The notes: generated from the sequence alone by a model not told the origin. Counted from the stretch's first letter, positions 36,790-49,764 are shown. The stretch: DNA of 64,000 nt from Eledone cirrhosa (GCA_964016885.1 OZ024757.1:29016001-29080000); one strand, 5' to 3'. Program-made: numbers and translations.

Positions 36790-38120
36790 TATATATATAT
36801 GCACACATACATGCATAAACACTTCTATGCAAATACTCATACATATATATTAAAAACACACATCATATACCAGCATAATAACGATTGACAAACCATCAGG
36901 ACACATGCTTGCTCGTGTGAAAACCGAACTTGCTACCCTACGTACACTGACGGAAACATATGTACATAAACACACAAACAGAACTGGTATGATATATAGG
37001 TACATCAAAGATTTTGTTCCACTATTGAACCATTCGAGGTACTTAGAACGAAGTACCAGTGTAGTACTGGGGTCAATTCTTCTTCTATATCTCTTTCTTA
37101 ATTCCTTTCTCTCGCTCTATATCCGTCTCTGGAAAACATAACCTATCTGGGGTAGAGATCGGATCTGTCACCTTATACAAAATGCCCCGAACACCCCGAA
37201 TGTCAATGCGGGACCTCTACAACTCCCTCAAGTTATAGGTCCCTACATACATACATAGACACATCAGAGATATCCTTTATATCTTTCACTCGATAATGCT
37301 AGACAAGTATTCCATGAGTCAGAAAGGAATATTTGCGATATGACGGGAGAACCTCTCTGAATAAATATTACATAATTCAGAGGCTATGTAAAGCAGGCGG
37401 CGACATCATCGAAGACCAGAGATGCCATGTGGAAATGGACATAACACACATACGGTTACCTTATAATCATAGACATTTGGGCTTATGAACACACAGATAT
37501 ATTTAAATATATACGGGTGCACAGGTGTACGGAGTTCTCATGTCGCCACTAAGGATTCCGCCAGATGTCCCGTCACACATCTCTACACCTGCCATTAAAT
37601 GTTGATTAGTAAACAAACCGTGTATCTCACATGTAAGAGGGAAAGCCATAGCAAGTGTTGAGGATAAGAGACGTGTGGAATTAATAATAATAATATTGTT
37701 TTAATTATTAATAGTAGTAGTTGTCACAATAAAGTGAGGAGGACAACATTATAAATACTTATAATAATGTTGTTTGGAGGGCGGTGGATTGGCAGAGGGT
37801 CGGACGCCATTCTTTGACGTATAGAGTTACGGCCCTTGACATTCTGAGTTCAAATCCCGCCGAGGTTAACTTTGCCTTTCATCCTTACAGGGTCGATAAA
37901 ATAAAGTACCAGTAATGCACTGGGTAATTGCTGGCCTTGTGCCAAACTTAGAAACAATTATTATAAATACTTATATACACACAAGCTTAAACAGGTATAC
38001 ATACGTACGCTTATCTAGACACGTACGTACATAAACGTTTATAAATAAAAGCCGAAGATAAAAAGAACATAGCTTACCATATCGAATTTGGAAGGATGCA
38101 CATGACATTGAGTGCTTCAA
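36790..38120. repeat. diverged segmental duplicate of 42150-43500, including the SINE at 37780-37960 / 43170-43340
   Basis: collinear matches, e.g. TGTTGATTAGTAAACAAACCGTGTATCTCACATGTAAGAGGGAAAGCCATAGCAAGTGTTGAGGATAAGAG. Confidence 0.9.
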
Positions 38121-38449
38121 CATGGTCCCATCATCATTTGCTGATACGATTATTGCATACACAACACAAGTTTAAAGAGCTATCTGTTTAGAAACCATCA
38201 ACCCAAGCCACCATTTATACACTGAGGTATAACAGTTGAAGGACATCACTGCAAATCAGGTGGTTGTAGCATCAAATCAAACCTAAAGAGATAAAAATAA
38301 AAGTCAGATATATTTTCTGAAAACTACAGAATAGTAAAAGATATGTCGACACTTTTGCGGTATTAATAAGACTGAGAAAGGTATGAACGCCACCACGTCA
38401 ATTAAGCTTCGAAAATAGAAAGTAGGTTTATATATATATTAATTTTCAT

Positions 38450-39115
38450 TTTCTTCCCTAATTCTGTATTTTGAAGTCCTTTCATTATTTTAAATATTTC
38501 TATCATGTCACTCGTTTGATTAATCTCCTCCAAAGTTGTAATTCTAAGTGTTTGTCCTTGGTATAGTGAACTAATGTTGATATTTTCAAGTCTTGGCATT
38601 TATATGGAATAGTGTACTAATATTTAAATAGTCTTCATATTTTTATCCTGTCTCACCTAAGACTTATCTCCTCTAAATTTACAAAAGCTTCTCATTTCTT
38701 TCACAAGATAGATCTTTAAATAATTATAGTGTTTTCTGTTTTCTTCTTATCTGGGTTGCTTCAAGAGCCTCACCATTTTTTCGGATGTCGGTTGACCATG
38801 GCCCAAAACAATATTCTCAGTGGTATCACATATTCATGTAGAGTTTTAGATTTTTCAGCATTTAGTTAGGAAAAAGAATGTTTTATTATTTCTATTATCC
38901 GTCTCGCTGTTTTGCTTCAACATGGTTAGCCATCTTTCAATTCATATTCATAGATATTCACAATTCTTCTGTGATAAGTATAAGAAGCTCGTTATTCGCT
39001 CAACATTCGATACCAAAACATGCTTCCTATTCATAACTTCGTTGTACGAATATAATAATTAAAGTATATATACAAGCCATGTATATATATCTATATATAT
39101 ATATATATATATATA

Positions 39116-39148
<33 letters not shown>

Positions 39149-39800
39149 CGTTTCTGAATTTGTTTAGCAAGATTCTTTATCTGAAATCGTGTGTAGGGAA
39201 AGAGTTAATAAGCAGATATATATATATCTGCTTATTAACTCTTTCCCTAAACATTTCTTTCTTCAAAATAAGGTAAGACATATCTCGAAAAATATTATAA
39301 GGTGTCTCAATAATTATTCCATTTCAATCACTTTCTCATTTCAGTTTTCTTTAAAATGTCTTGGCGTTGAAGATACATACATTTGTCCTTCTCATAGTAA
39401 TTAGCTTGTCTCAAAATTGTTCGTATTGTTTCCATGTTTAGTGTCACAAACTATCGTTAATTCAAGATTTTGCTCTAACGTAATAAATGCTACTTTTAAA
39501 AGACTGAAGCTCTCAATTTTTTCTTTCTCTTGTATATTGATATCTAAACAATGACAAATGTATGTGTTATGTGGTAGGAGATAAACACAACGACCTTCTT
39601 CCATCGCTCTAGAAGGCTAACTGACGGTGTCGTTCGTAGGATTGACAAGTACTCGACAAGAGTGAACGTCACATGTTTAGTGATGGTTACCTCTTACTGC
39701 CTTTTATATACGATGTTAACTTGAAAGACTTGCCAAGTATGGATACACTCCCACCTTATCAATATTGTCCGAGTCCGGGGACATTTTCTCTCTGGTTAAG
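38450..39800 (-). mobile_element. decayed CR1-clade remnant, paralogous to 9990-10995
   Basis: [17 protein letters not shown] (ORF 38402-38599); MSPDSDNI and VSLL..KKV traces. Confidence 0.7.
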
Positions 39801-40194
39801 GAGTGAGATAAAATATTAGGGATCAATCTCTAGCAATAATGTAATTAAATTATAGTTAATCAAAACTGTTGTGTCGTGGTTGTTGTTATATTTTATAGTC
39901 GTGGTTTCAATGTACATCAGAGGTTGTAGAATTAGTTTTATCTAATTATTATCAAACAAAAAATGATGTATATATTGTCGTTGTACGTTGAAATCATATA
40001 TATACATTTATATATATACGCCAAGGATGGAGGGAAGATAGAATTGAAAACCATTATTGCTGAACACAACATTACAGGATCAAATCTAACACACACACAC
40101 ATATATATATAATAATCTCAGTCAGGAATCTCTCGAGAAATTTAATTTTTTTAAATTTTTCATAAAATGAAATAAAAATAGCGATTGCAGGAAT

Positions 40195-40605
40195 TTGATT
40201 AATATCGAACCGCAGACTAGGATCTCCACCACCCCTAATACGTACCACTAGTCCACGGAAACTGTTATAAAAACTTACTGAACATTTATATTTATAAACC
40301 TACTTTTTCAATTTTTTATAAAAACAAAATTTCTGTACAACCTGACAGTGATTGAACCCATAACCAGTATCACCACTGTCTCTAATATTTTCCAGTAGGC
40401 CATGGAGACGGTTACGAAATTAATATTTATAAACTTACTTTTTAATGGTTTTTTATTTTAGAAGAGGTAAACTAAAATTAATAATACCCATAGTGTAGAA
40501 CCTGAAAGAGATAGAACCCTAAACCAGGATTTCACCGTCTCTAATACATACCACTGGGCCAGAGAGAATGTACGAATCCGTTCTGAAAATTAATATTTAT
40601 GAAAC
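40195..40605 (-). ncRNA. three tandem candidate Pol III two-hairpin units (diverged paralogue of 7123-7546)
   Basis: TATA-like element, TGG.C.A.TGG A box, GGTTC.AT B box, ~150-160-bp period. Confidence 0.45.
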
Positions 40606-42893
40606 GACATTTTGTTCGGAAGTAATTCAAATAAACTATTGTTTCAGACGATCCCGTAACAAGTTGAAGCAGCGATTCTTTCCTTTAACTTTAATTCGTA
40701 CTCATAATAAATAAATAAACATATATATTTATGTGTGTATACATATATATGCGTTGCTTTGCTGCTATTTCTAGCAAATTTATTGTTGTTTTTATGAAAA
40801 ATACAGAAACCGGAACTGAAAAGATTGAAAAATTTTGGTCAAAATTCAGGCGAACTTTTTTAAACAAAAGGATTTTTTTTGTAAACAAACTTGAAATTTT
40901 TGCCAAGAAACATAACTCTTGCCTGACTTAAACGCAAAAATTGATGCAAAAATGTTGCGTGTGTGCAAATTATAGGGACTGTACAAATTCGTTGTGACAA
41001 TTAATATTTATAAAATTACATTTTTTTCGGTTGAAAACTTGATGTTCATGGCTTTGTCGGGACGTCCTTGAATTCATCCACCGAAGGGAATTCATAAAGT
41101 AAATCTAGACTTTATTTCTCATTGCTCTAGGCTTGATTTGAACCTACAACGACTCCGTCTGCAATAATGTCATACGTCATTCCAGCTTAGTCCGTCGTAC
41201 CCGTTAATTGGTAAACGTGATTCCTATATATATACATATAAGTTAAGATTTGAACCTACATTGCTATGCTTAATTTATATTAATAAGTGTGTTTTATAAA
41301 AGAAAGTAAAAAAACAATTTAATGAAAGTAACAAATTTATTTTATTCAGTAATGTTTTTTTTTATTTTATGTCTTCACTTCATTAACTGCTGAATAGTTC
41401 TCTTGTTTTTGTTTGTTCTTAACATTATTTACTGTAAACGGCGACTCTGACGAGACTGGATTATTACCAAGTTTTACTGGATGATGGCATTTCCTTATTG
41501 TATTATTTTGTTGTCAGTCGACATCTGGACATCTCCCTAAATACCTGGAATAAACATAAGGTGTGTCTTTTACGTTACATTTCATTTAATATCTGATATT
41601 CCAATGGATCACTTTTAAAATAAAACCAATACACAGGACAGATAGACTACATCAAAAGAGACCACAGAGATGAGGTACGAATAACCTTAAATTAGTTTTT
41701 AAAAAAAAGACAATGTTTAAAGAAAGACAAACATTAAAAAAAGGATTTCCAACAAACACGTAAAGACAAAGACACCCACAATTTAATATCTGAAGATCAA
41801 CATTTTTCACGATATAAATAAAACTAAATATGTAACGTTAAGTGACCTCTCATTTATTTGCTCTAACTTTATTTTACTAATCTGTATTCTGTAGACATAT
41901 ATTTTCGTTGGTGTACATTAAGATTTCGTTGATGAAAGTTTTCACTCGTCTTTAGATATTTATTTCTTATAAAAGTTATAATACTCACCTCTTCCTATTA
42001 TATTTTCATATATACATATATATATTTACTTTTACCTGGAGTTTCGACCGATAAATAGTATTAGCAATTGGAAAGACCAATGGAGATATTGTTTCCTCGC
42101 TCCGATTTGACGAATGTCGATATATATATATATATATATACACATACATATTTACTCACTTCTATGTAAATATACATACATATATATTAAAAACACATAC
42201 CATATACCATCATAATAACGATTGACTAACCATCAGGACACATACTTGCTCATGTGAGAATTTTCACAGAGACACTTACGAAAACCGAACTTGCAACGCC
42301 ACGTACACTTACATACACATATATGTACATACACACATACAGAACAGGTATGACTTATATAGGTACATTAAAGTTTGGGTTTCGCTATTGTACCATTTGA
42401 GGTAGTTAGAAAGAAGTACCAGTGTAGTACTGGGGTTGATTCTTTACTCGATGATGCAAGACAAGTTTTCAACGAGTCAGAAAGGAATATTTGTGATATG
42501 AAGGGAGAACCTCTCTGAATAAATATTAGATAGTTAAGATGCTACGTAAAGCAGGTGGTGACAACATCGAGTACCACAGATGCCATGTGGAAATAGACAT
42601 CGGAATATATATATACAAAGATAGGGGGACCTTATCATCATAGACAGTTGGGCTTATGAACACACACACACACATTTATATACATACATGCATACATACA
42701 TATGGCTTCTGCAGGACTAGAACTGTTTCTTTCGGAAGAAATCAGGGGCTTTCCTGGTGATTTCTTCCGAATGAAACAGTTCTAGTCCTGTAGAAGCCAT
42801 TTCTATATTAAATATTATTTATTAAGTATTTATACTCTGCTATGTAATGAGTACGTTACTTATTGTGGTTACCGCCGATTGAACCCGGAATAA

Positions 42894-42924
<31 letters not shown>

Positions 42925-43548
42925 CGGGTGCACAGCTGTACGGTGTCCTCAAGTTAACACTCAGGATTCCGCCCGATGTCTCGTCACGCATCACTACATC
43001 TTCGAGTAAATGTTGATTAGTAAACAAACCGTGTATCTCACATGTAAGAGGGAAAGCCATAGCAAGTGTTGAGGATAAGAGGCGTGTGAAAATAATAATA
43101 ATAATAGTGTTAAAATTATTAATAGTAGTAGTTGTAATGATAAAGTGAGCGGGACAACATTGCAATATCGGTAGAGGGTCGGACGCCATGCTTTCCAGCA
43201 TAGTTACGTCCCTTTACGATCCGAGTTCAAATCCCGCCGAGGTTGACTTTGCCTTTCATCCTTACGGGGTCGATAAAATAAAGTACCAGTAATGCACTGG
43301 GTAATTTCTGGCCTTGTGCCTAAAGTAGAAACAATTATTATAAATACTTATGTACACACAAGCTTACACAGGTACACATTCGTACACGTATCTACACACG
43401 TACATACATAAACATTTATAAATAAAAGACTAAGATGATAAAAAGAACATATATTACCGTATTGAGTTTGGAACGATACACTTGACGCTGAGTTCTTGAA
43501 TCTGATCCCAAAAAGCTGCAAAAAATTAGTAAAACCCCCTTATTTTAT

Positions 43549-43655
43549 ATAGATCCTGGTCAAGATTGAAACCCAGACCAGGATATCCACCGTCTCTCGC
43601 TACAGAGACAGCTTCAAAATAATATTAAAAATTAATATTTATAAACTTACTTTTT
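43549..43655 (-). ncRNA. two-hairpin unit with A-box loop deleted but both stems intact
   Basis: GCTGTCTCT-GTAGCG-AGAGACGGT and ATCCTGGTC-14nt-GACCAGGAT, 30 nt after TATAAATA. Confidence 0.45.
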
Positions 43656-44649
43656 ATTTTGGAAGATTAATTGAAGTGGTGGCGTTCATGCCTTTCTTAG
43701 TGTTGCTGTTATTAGAAAGGGTCGACTTTGTCTTTCATAATTCAGGGGCTTTCATGAAGTAAATATTCATTTTATTTCTTAATGCCCTAGTGTTGATTTG
43801 AACCTACAATGACTTCGTCTGCAATAATGTTCACTAATTTCAAATCTGTCATACCTAAATCCTGTGTGCGACTTACAAATAAATTGTTAAATGTCACTTT
43901 TAAATATTTATCAATGTAAGATTGGAACCTACAGTGATGTGCTTTGCAGTAATGTCCCGTAACTCCAACTAGATTGCGCTAAGCTTATATATTTCTTTCG
44001 TCCGAACAACAATGGTTTCGATTCCAGTTCGCTACTGGTACAAGAAATAATTTAAGGAAATTCTATATCCCCAGCTAAATATTGAACTAATGACATTTTA
44101 TGTTACTTAGTATCAATAACCCCATTACACACTGCACATTTAAGCCCTGAACACACATTTATATTTATAACTCAATTTCTAATTTTTAAATGATATTACA
44201 CGACCTTTGTGTTCTCGGTGTAAATCCTGTCGATATTAATTTAAAATTTTATAATTTTAGAGCAGAAATTAGAGTACCAGTCATAATATGGGTTCAATTT
44301 AATTAATCGGCTTCTCCCCGTCAATAACTTGATATTTGCCAAGCAAAGACACACAAACAGTCTATATATATATATATATGATACAAATTTGAAATAAATT
44401 ATAATTATTTAGTAACAATATTTTTATTGTTTGTTTTAACAGCATTAAATGTTGAGTGTGACTTACTTTTCTTACTATTTTCTACTGTAAATGGCGGCTG
44501 AGACGTTAGATTATTACTAAGGTTTACTGGATGATGGCGTTTCCTTATTGCATTATTTTACAAACAGTGGACATCGGAACATCCTCTATATACCTAAGAT
44601 AAATATAAGGAGCATTGTTATGTTATACATAGTACAATGGTCATCTCTT

Positions 44650-46250
44650 ATATTTACATTTTCTTCTCCAATTCTGTATTTTGAAGTCCTTTCATTATTT
44701 TTAATATTTCTATCATGTCACTCGTTTGATTAATCTCCTCCAAAGTTGTAATTCTAAGTGTTTCTCCCTGGTATAGTGAACTAATATTGATATTTTCAAG
44801 TCTTGGCATTTATATGGAATAGTGTACTAATATTTAAATAATCTTCATATTTTTATCCCGTCTCCTCTAAATTTACAAAAGTTTTTCATCTTCCTTCACA
44901 AGATAGATCCCTAAATAATTCTAGTGTCTTCTGTTTTCTTCTTCTCTGGGTTGCTTCAAGAGCCTCACCGTTTTTTCGGATGTCGGTTGACCATGGCCCA
45001 AAACAATATTCTCAGTGGTATCACACATTCATCTAGAGTTTTAGATTTTTCAGCATTTAGCTAGGAAAAAGAATGTTTTATTATTTCTATTATCCGTCTC
45101 GCTGTTTTGCTTCAACATGGTTAGCCATCTTTCAATTCATATTCATAGATATTCACAATTCTTCTGTGAGGGTATAAGAAGCTCGTTATTTGCTCAACAT
45201 TCAATACCAAAACATGCTTCCTTTTTATAACTTCGTTGTACGAATATAATAATTAAATTATATATACAAGCCATGTATATATATATAGCTGCTTATTAAC
45301 TCTTTCCCGAAACATATCTTCAAAATAAGGTAAGACATATCCCGAAAAATATTATAAGGTGTCTCAATAATTATTCCATTTCAATCAATTTCTCATTTCA
45401 CTTTTCTTTAGAAATGTCTTGGCGTTGAAAATACATACATTTGTCCTTCTCATAGTAATTAGCTTGTCTCAAAATTGTTCGTATTGTTTCCATGTTTAGT
45501 GTCACAAACTATCGTTAATTCAAGGTTTTCCTGTAACGTAATAAATGTTACTTTTAAAAGACTGAAGCTCTCAATTTTTTCTTTCTCTTGTATATCGACA
45601 TCTAAAGAATAACAAATGTATGTGATAGAAAAAACGACGGCCTTCTCCCCTCGCTGTAGAAGGCTAACTGACAGTGTCGTTCGTAGGAGTGACAAGTACT
45701 CGGCAACAGTGAGCGTCACCTCTTACTGCCTTTTATATACCATGTTAACTTGAAAGACTTATCCCGAAAAATATTATAAGGTGTCTCAATAATTATTCCA
45801 TTTCAATCAATTTCTCATTTCACTTTTCTTTAGAAATGTCTTGGCGTTGAAAATACATACATTTGTCCTTCTCATAGTAATTAGCTGGTCTCAAAATTGT
45901 TCGTATTGTTTCCATGTTTAGTGTCACAAACTATCGTTAATTCAAGGTTTTCCTGTAACGTAATAAATGTTACTTTTAAAAGACTGAAGCTCTCAATTTT
46001 TTCTTTCTCTTGTATATCGACATCTAAAGAATAACAAATGTATGCGATAGAAAAAACGACGGCCTTCTCCCCTCGCTGTAGAAGGCTAACTGACAGTGTC
46101 GTTCGTAGGAGTGACAAGTACTCGGCAACAGTGAGCGTCACCTCTTACTGCCTTTTATATACCATGTTAACTTGAAAGACTTGCCAAGTATGGATACACT
46201 CTCTCCTTATCAATATTGCCAGAGTCCGAGGACATTTCTCCCTGGTTAAG
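44650..46250 (-). mobile_element. decayed CR1-clade remnant with an internal 422-bp tandem duplication (45339-46181)
   Basis: near-identical to 38450-39800; ORFs 45459 and 45881 offset by 422. Confidence 0.75.
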
Positions 46251-46729
46251 GAATATATATATATATACACATATACTAGATATGAACACGGATCTCCCTA
46301 TCTCACACAAACACAGCCTTTGTATAGGAATGGCGCAATGACAGGAGTTGTATTTATGTAGCATCTGTAACTACATATTGTATGTTCAAATATTCGAAGT
46401 TGAAATCAACATTAGTTCAATGAGATATGAACTTGTGTAAGTAACATGGAACCCATATGTAACCGGTCGACTTGCTCACAAGTACGACCAAATAAAACAC
46501 ATAAATGTGTGTGTGTATTATATATAACTATACTAGATATAGACGTCAACAGGAAGACTGTACATGGCCAATTGTAAGTTCGAATCAACTATAAACCAAT
46601 GAGGAATTTTGAAAAACTTTAAATAAAATACATAAATGTGTGTGTGTGTGTGTGTGTGTTATGTATATAAGATATGGGAACCACCCTACGTTGTCGGTTG
46701 ACTTGCTCGAAATAGTAGCCAAAGAGCGC

Positions 46730-46798
46730 CTTCGCGCATGCGCAGTACGGTCCGATCTTCGCGCATGCGCACTACGGTCCGACCTTAGCGCATGCGCA
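46730..46798. promoter_or_regulatory. three GCGCATGCGC (NRF1/Ewg/P3A2-type) motifs at 27-bp period; mirrored at 47157-47225
   Basis: motifs at 46734, 46761 and 46788 in otherwise CpG-poor DNA, just upstream of TATAAATA at 46826. Confidence 0.55.
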
Positions 46799-46855
46799 TT
46801 TTTAACCCGATACAAAAAGTAGGTTTATAAATATTAATTTTCACTATATTTTTAA

Positions 46856-46961
46856 GGTGGTCTCGTTGGCCGAGTGGTACGGTGCGTTGAGTCTGCTGAG
46901 ATACTGGTCGGGGGTCGATCCCGGCCAACGTCTACACATAGGGGGTCTTATTAAACTTTTT
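46856..46961 (+). ncRNA. candidate intact ~105-nt Pol III RNA gene
   Basis: TATA at -30, A box TGGCCGAGTGG 46867, B box GGGTCGATCCC 46912, T5 at 46957-46961. Confidence 0.5.
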
Positions 46962-46993
46962 CAGTTTTTATTTTATCTCTTAGAGAAAAACTG

Positions 46994-47099
46994 AAAAAGT
47001 TTAATAAGACCCCCTATGTGTAGACGTTGGCCGGGATCGACCCCCGACCAGTATCTCAGCAGACTCAACGCACCGTACCACTCGGCCAACGAGACCACC
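46994..47099 (-). ncRNA. identical convergent copy of the candidate Pol III RNA gene
   Basis: exact reverse complement of 46856-46961. Confidence 0.5.
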
Positions 47100-48524
47100 T
47101 TAAAAATATAGTGAAAATTAATATTTATAAACCTACTTTTTGTATCGGGTGAAAAATGCGCATGCGCTAAGGTCGGACCGTAGTGCGCATGCGCGAAGAT
47201 CGGACCGTACTGCGCATGCGCGAAGGCGCTCTTTGGCTACTATTTCGAGCAAGTCGACCGACAACGTAGGGTGGTTCCCATATCTTATATACATAACACA
47301 CACACACACACACACACATTTATGTATTTTATTTAAAGTTTTTCAAAATTCCTCATTGGTTTATAGTTGATTCGAACTTACAATTGGCCATGTACAGTCT
47401 TCCTGTTGACGTCTATATCTAATATAGTAATATATAACACACAGACACACACACATTTATGTGTTTTATTTAAAGTTTTTCAAAACTCCTCATTGGTTTA
47501 TAGTTGATTCGAACTTACAATTGGCCATGTACAGTCTTCCTGTTGACGTCTATATCTAGTATAGTTATATATAACACACAGACACACACACACATCTATG
47601 TGTTTTATTTAAAGTTTTTCAAAACTCCTCATTGGTTTATAGTTGATTCGAACTTACAATTGGCCATGTACAGTCTTCCTGTTGACGTCTATATCTAGTA
47701 TAGTTATATATAACACACAGACACACACACACATCTATGTGTTTTATTTAAAGTTTTTCAAAACTCCTCATTGGTTTATAGTTGATTCGAACTTACAATT
47801 GGCCATGTACAGTCTTCCTGTTGACTTCTATATCTAGTATAGTTATATATAACACACAGACACACACACATTTATGTGTTTTATTTGGTCGTCCTTGTGA
47901 GCAAGTCGACCGGTTACATATGGGTTCCATGTTACTTACAAAAGTTCATATCTCATTGAACTAACGTTGATTTCAACTTCGAATATTTGAACATACAATA
48001 TGTAGTTACAGATGCTTCATAAATACAACTCCTGTCATTACGCCATTCTTATACAAAAGGTGTGTTTGTGTGAGAAAGGGAGATCCGTGTTTATATCTAG
48101 TATAGTTATGCATAATACACAGACACACAAGTATGCTTTTGATTATATTAAAACATTTTCAGACTTTTTGGTTAACAGTTTAATGTTTATTGGAAACCAC
48201 AACGGGATTGACAGTACTTCGAATATATTTGAACATACAGTATGTAGTTACAGATGCTTCATAACTACAACACCTATACATAGGAATGCGTGAAAACGTG
48301 TGTATGTGAGATAGTTTAAAGAGGGAAATTAGTGTTTATATCTAGTATACACATAACACACAGACACACGAATGTGCTTTTTAATATATTAAGGCATTTT
48401 CAAACTTTCTTCTTAACAGTTTAGTGTTTATTCGATGCCACAACAACGGGATTGGCAGTACTGCACTAATGTATCGTAAATTAAATTTGTCATGCGTCAT
48501 TCATATATATGTATATATATATAA

Positions 48525-48770
48525 CGAAGGAGTTGTGGTAAGGAACCAGATGGACCATAACGCACCAGAGTACTCAATACTTAGGCTAATAGAGTGGGTA
48601 ATAGGAGAAAGTATGACCCTGACGGCAGAAATAACCGTCGAAACGGCTTGAGTTCTGCCGTCGGAGTCATACTTTCTCCTATGTATATATATATATATAT
48701 ATAATATAAGATCAAAAGATGGTTAAAGGAGTTCCATATATTTAACCATCTTTTGATCTTATATTATGCA
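48525..48770. repeat. two short inverted repeats (48601-48682, 48701-48766), first probably Penelope-like
   Basis: ATAGGAGAAAGTATGAC..GACGGCAGAA/TTCTGCCGTC..GTCATACTTTCTCCTAT; ATAATATAAGATCAAAAGATGGTTAAA/TTTAACCATCTTTTGATCTTATATTAT. Confidence 0.75.
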
Positions 48771-48853
48771 TACTCCAGTCCCACAAACTGTAGAGTGCTT
48801 CTTATCCGATATCTGCATTGCTTTATTGTACTACAATAAAACTCACCTCCTAC

Positions 48854-48914
<61 letters not shown>

Positions 48915-48918
<4 letters not shown>

Positions 48919-49196
48919 AAGTCAAGAATATTCAAACTGTACGGCCATATAAAAAGATCAACTCATGGTGTGAGTAAGTTATGCCTGGAAGGAAGGTTGG
49001 CTGATAAGAGAAGCAGAGCCCGGCAGCCAAAACGATGGCTTGACAACGTCAACTTATGGACTGGACTTGATCTTTGCTCTTTGAACTCTGCTGTTGGTGA
49101 TCGAACTTTGTGGAGAGAGATATCACATGTTAATGCGCAGTCTGCAACTGGCGGAGTTTAGCGTCACATGAAGAAGTGAGAGAGAGAGAGAGAGAG
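48915..49196 (+). mobile_element. RTE/BovB-like LINE 3' fragment
   Basis: KLYGHIKR..LEGRLADKRSRARQPKRWLDNV..DRTLWR. Confidence 0.85.
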
Positions 49197-49764
49197 ATGT
49201 CTATATCTAGTATAGTTACGCATAACACACATGCGCACATACACACATATTCATTTTGGCTGACTTCGTACAAAGTCCCTATTAGTGTCTATACGTTATA
49301 TAGTTATACATAACACACTCACTCATGTATGTCTTTATTTGGCCGCACCTTTTGAGCAACTCGACCGGCCACATACGGAATAGGGGGAATATTGGTTACA
49401 CAAGAGAAACATAGAAGTTAATCTCTCGTTATTTTAACGTTTAAAATGCTCCATGACTATTACTCCGTCACACCCCAGAATCATGTGTGCATGTGTATGA
49501 GAGAAAGAGAGAGATTGGTGTCTGTATCTCGTACAATTACATCTCTCTCTCTCACACACACACACATTATATATAGATATATATATATAGATATAAAAAT
49601 AAGAAAACAAACACCCGAGTGTGCTTTTTATTGAGACATGTTCACGGCTTCTCATGAGTCAGAAAAGAACTCTACATTATGCATCTCATCCATCGTAGAT
49701 GTTGAATCCCGTGACTGGTGCAGGAACGGAGTCAAACACAGACAGAGAATATAGAATATACTTG

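Larger units (their letters stand above)
46264..48105. repeat. large palindrome centred ~46978; right arm carries 4 x 139-bp tandem units
   Basis: arms near-perfect from 46500-46969 / 46986-47440; mirror ORFs 46585- / 47140+; ORFs 47504, 47643, 47782 offset by 139. Confidence 0.95.

Noticed and set aside
38077-38183. Minus-strand exon candidate ending G|GTAAGC
   Set aside because: Stops in all frames after the acceptor; donor degraded in the 43455 paralogue; phase does not fit the open frame of the 34709 exon
39326-39435. 35-aa minus-strand ORF METIRTILRQANYYEKDK.. shared by three paralogues
   Set aside because: Inside the CR1 remnant; copies are recent duplicates; frame differs in the 10670 version
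46856-46935. Canonical tRNA gene
   Set aside because: A/B boxes and D- and T-like arms are present, but no proper acceptor stem or anticodon arm
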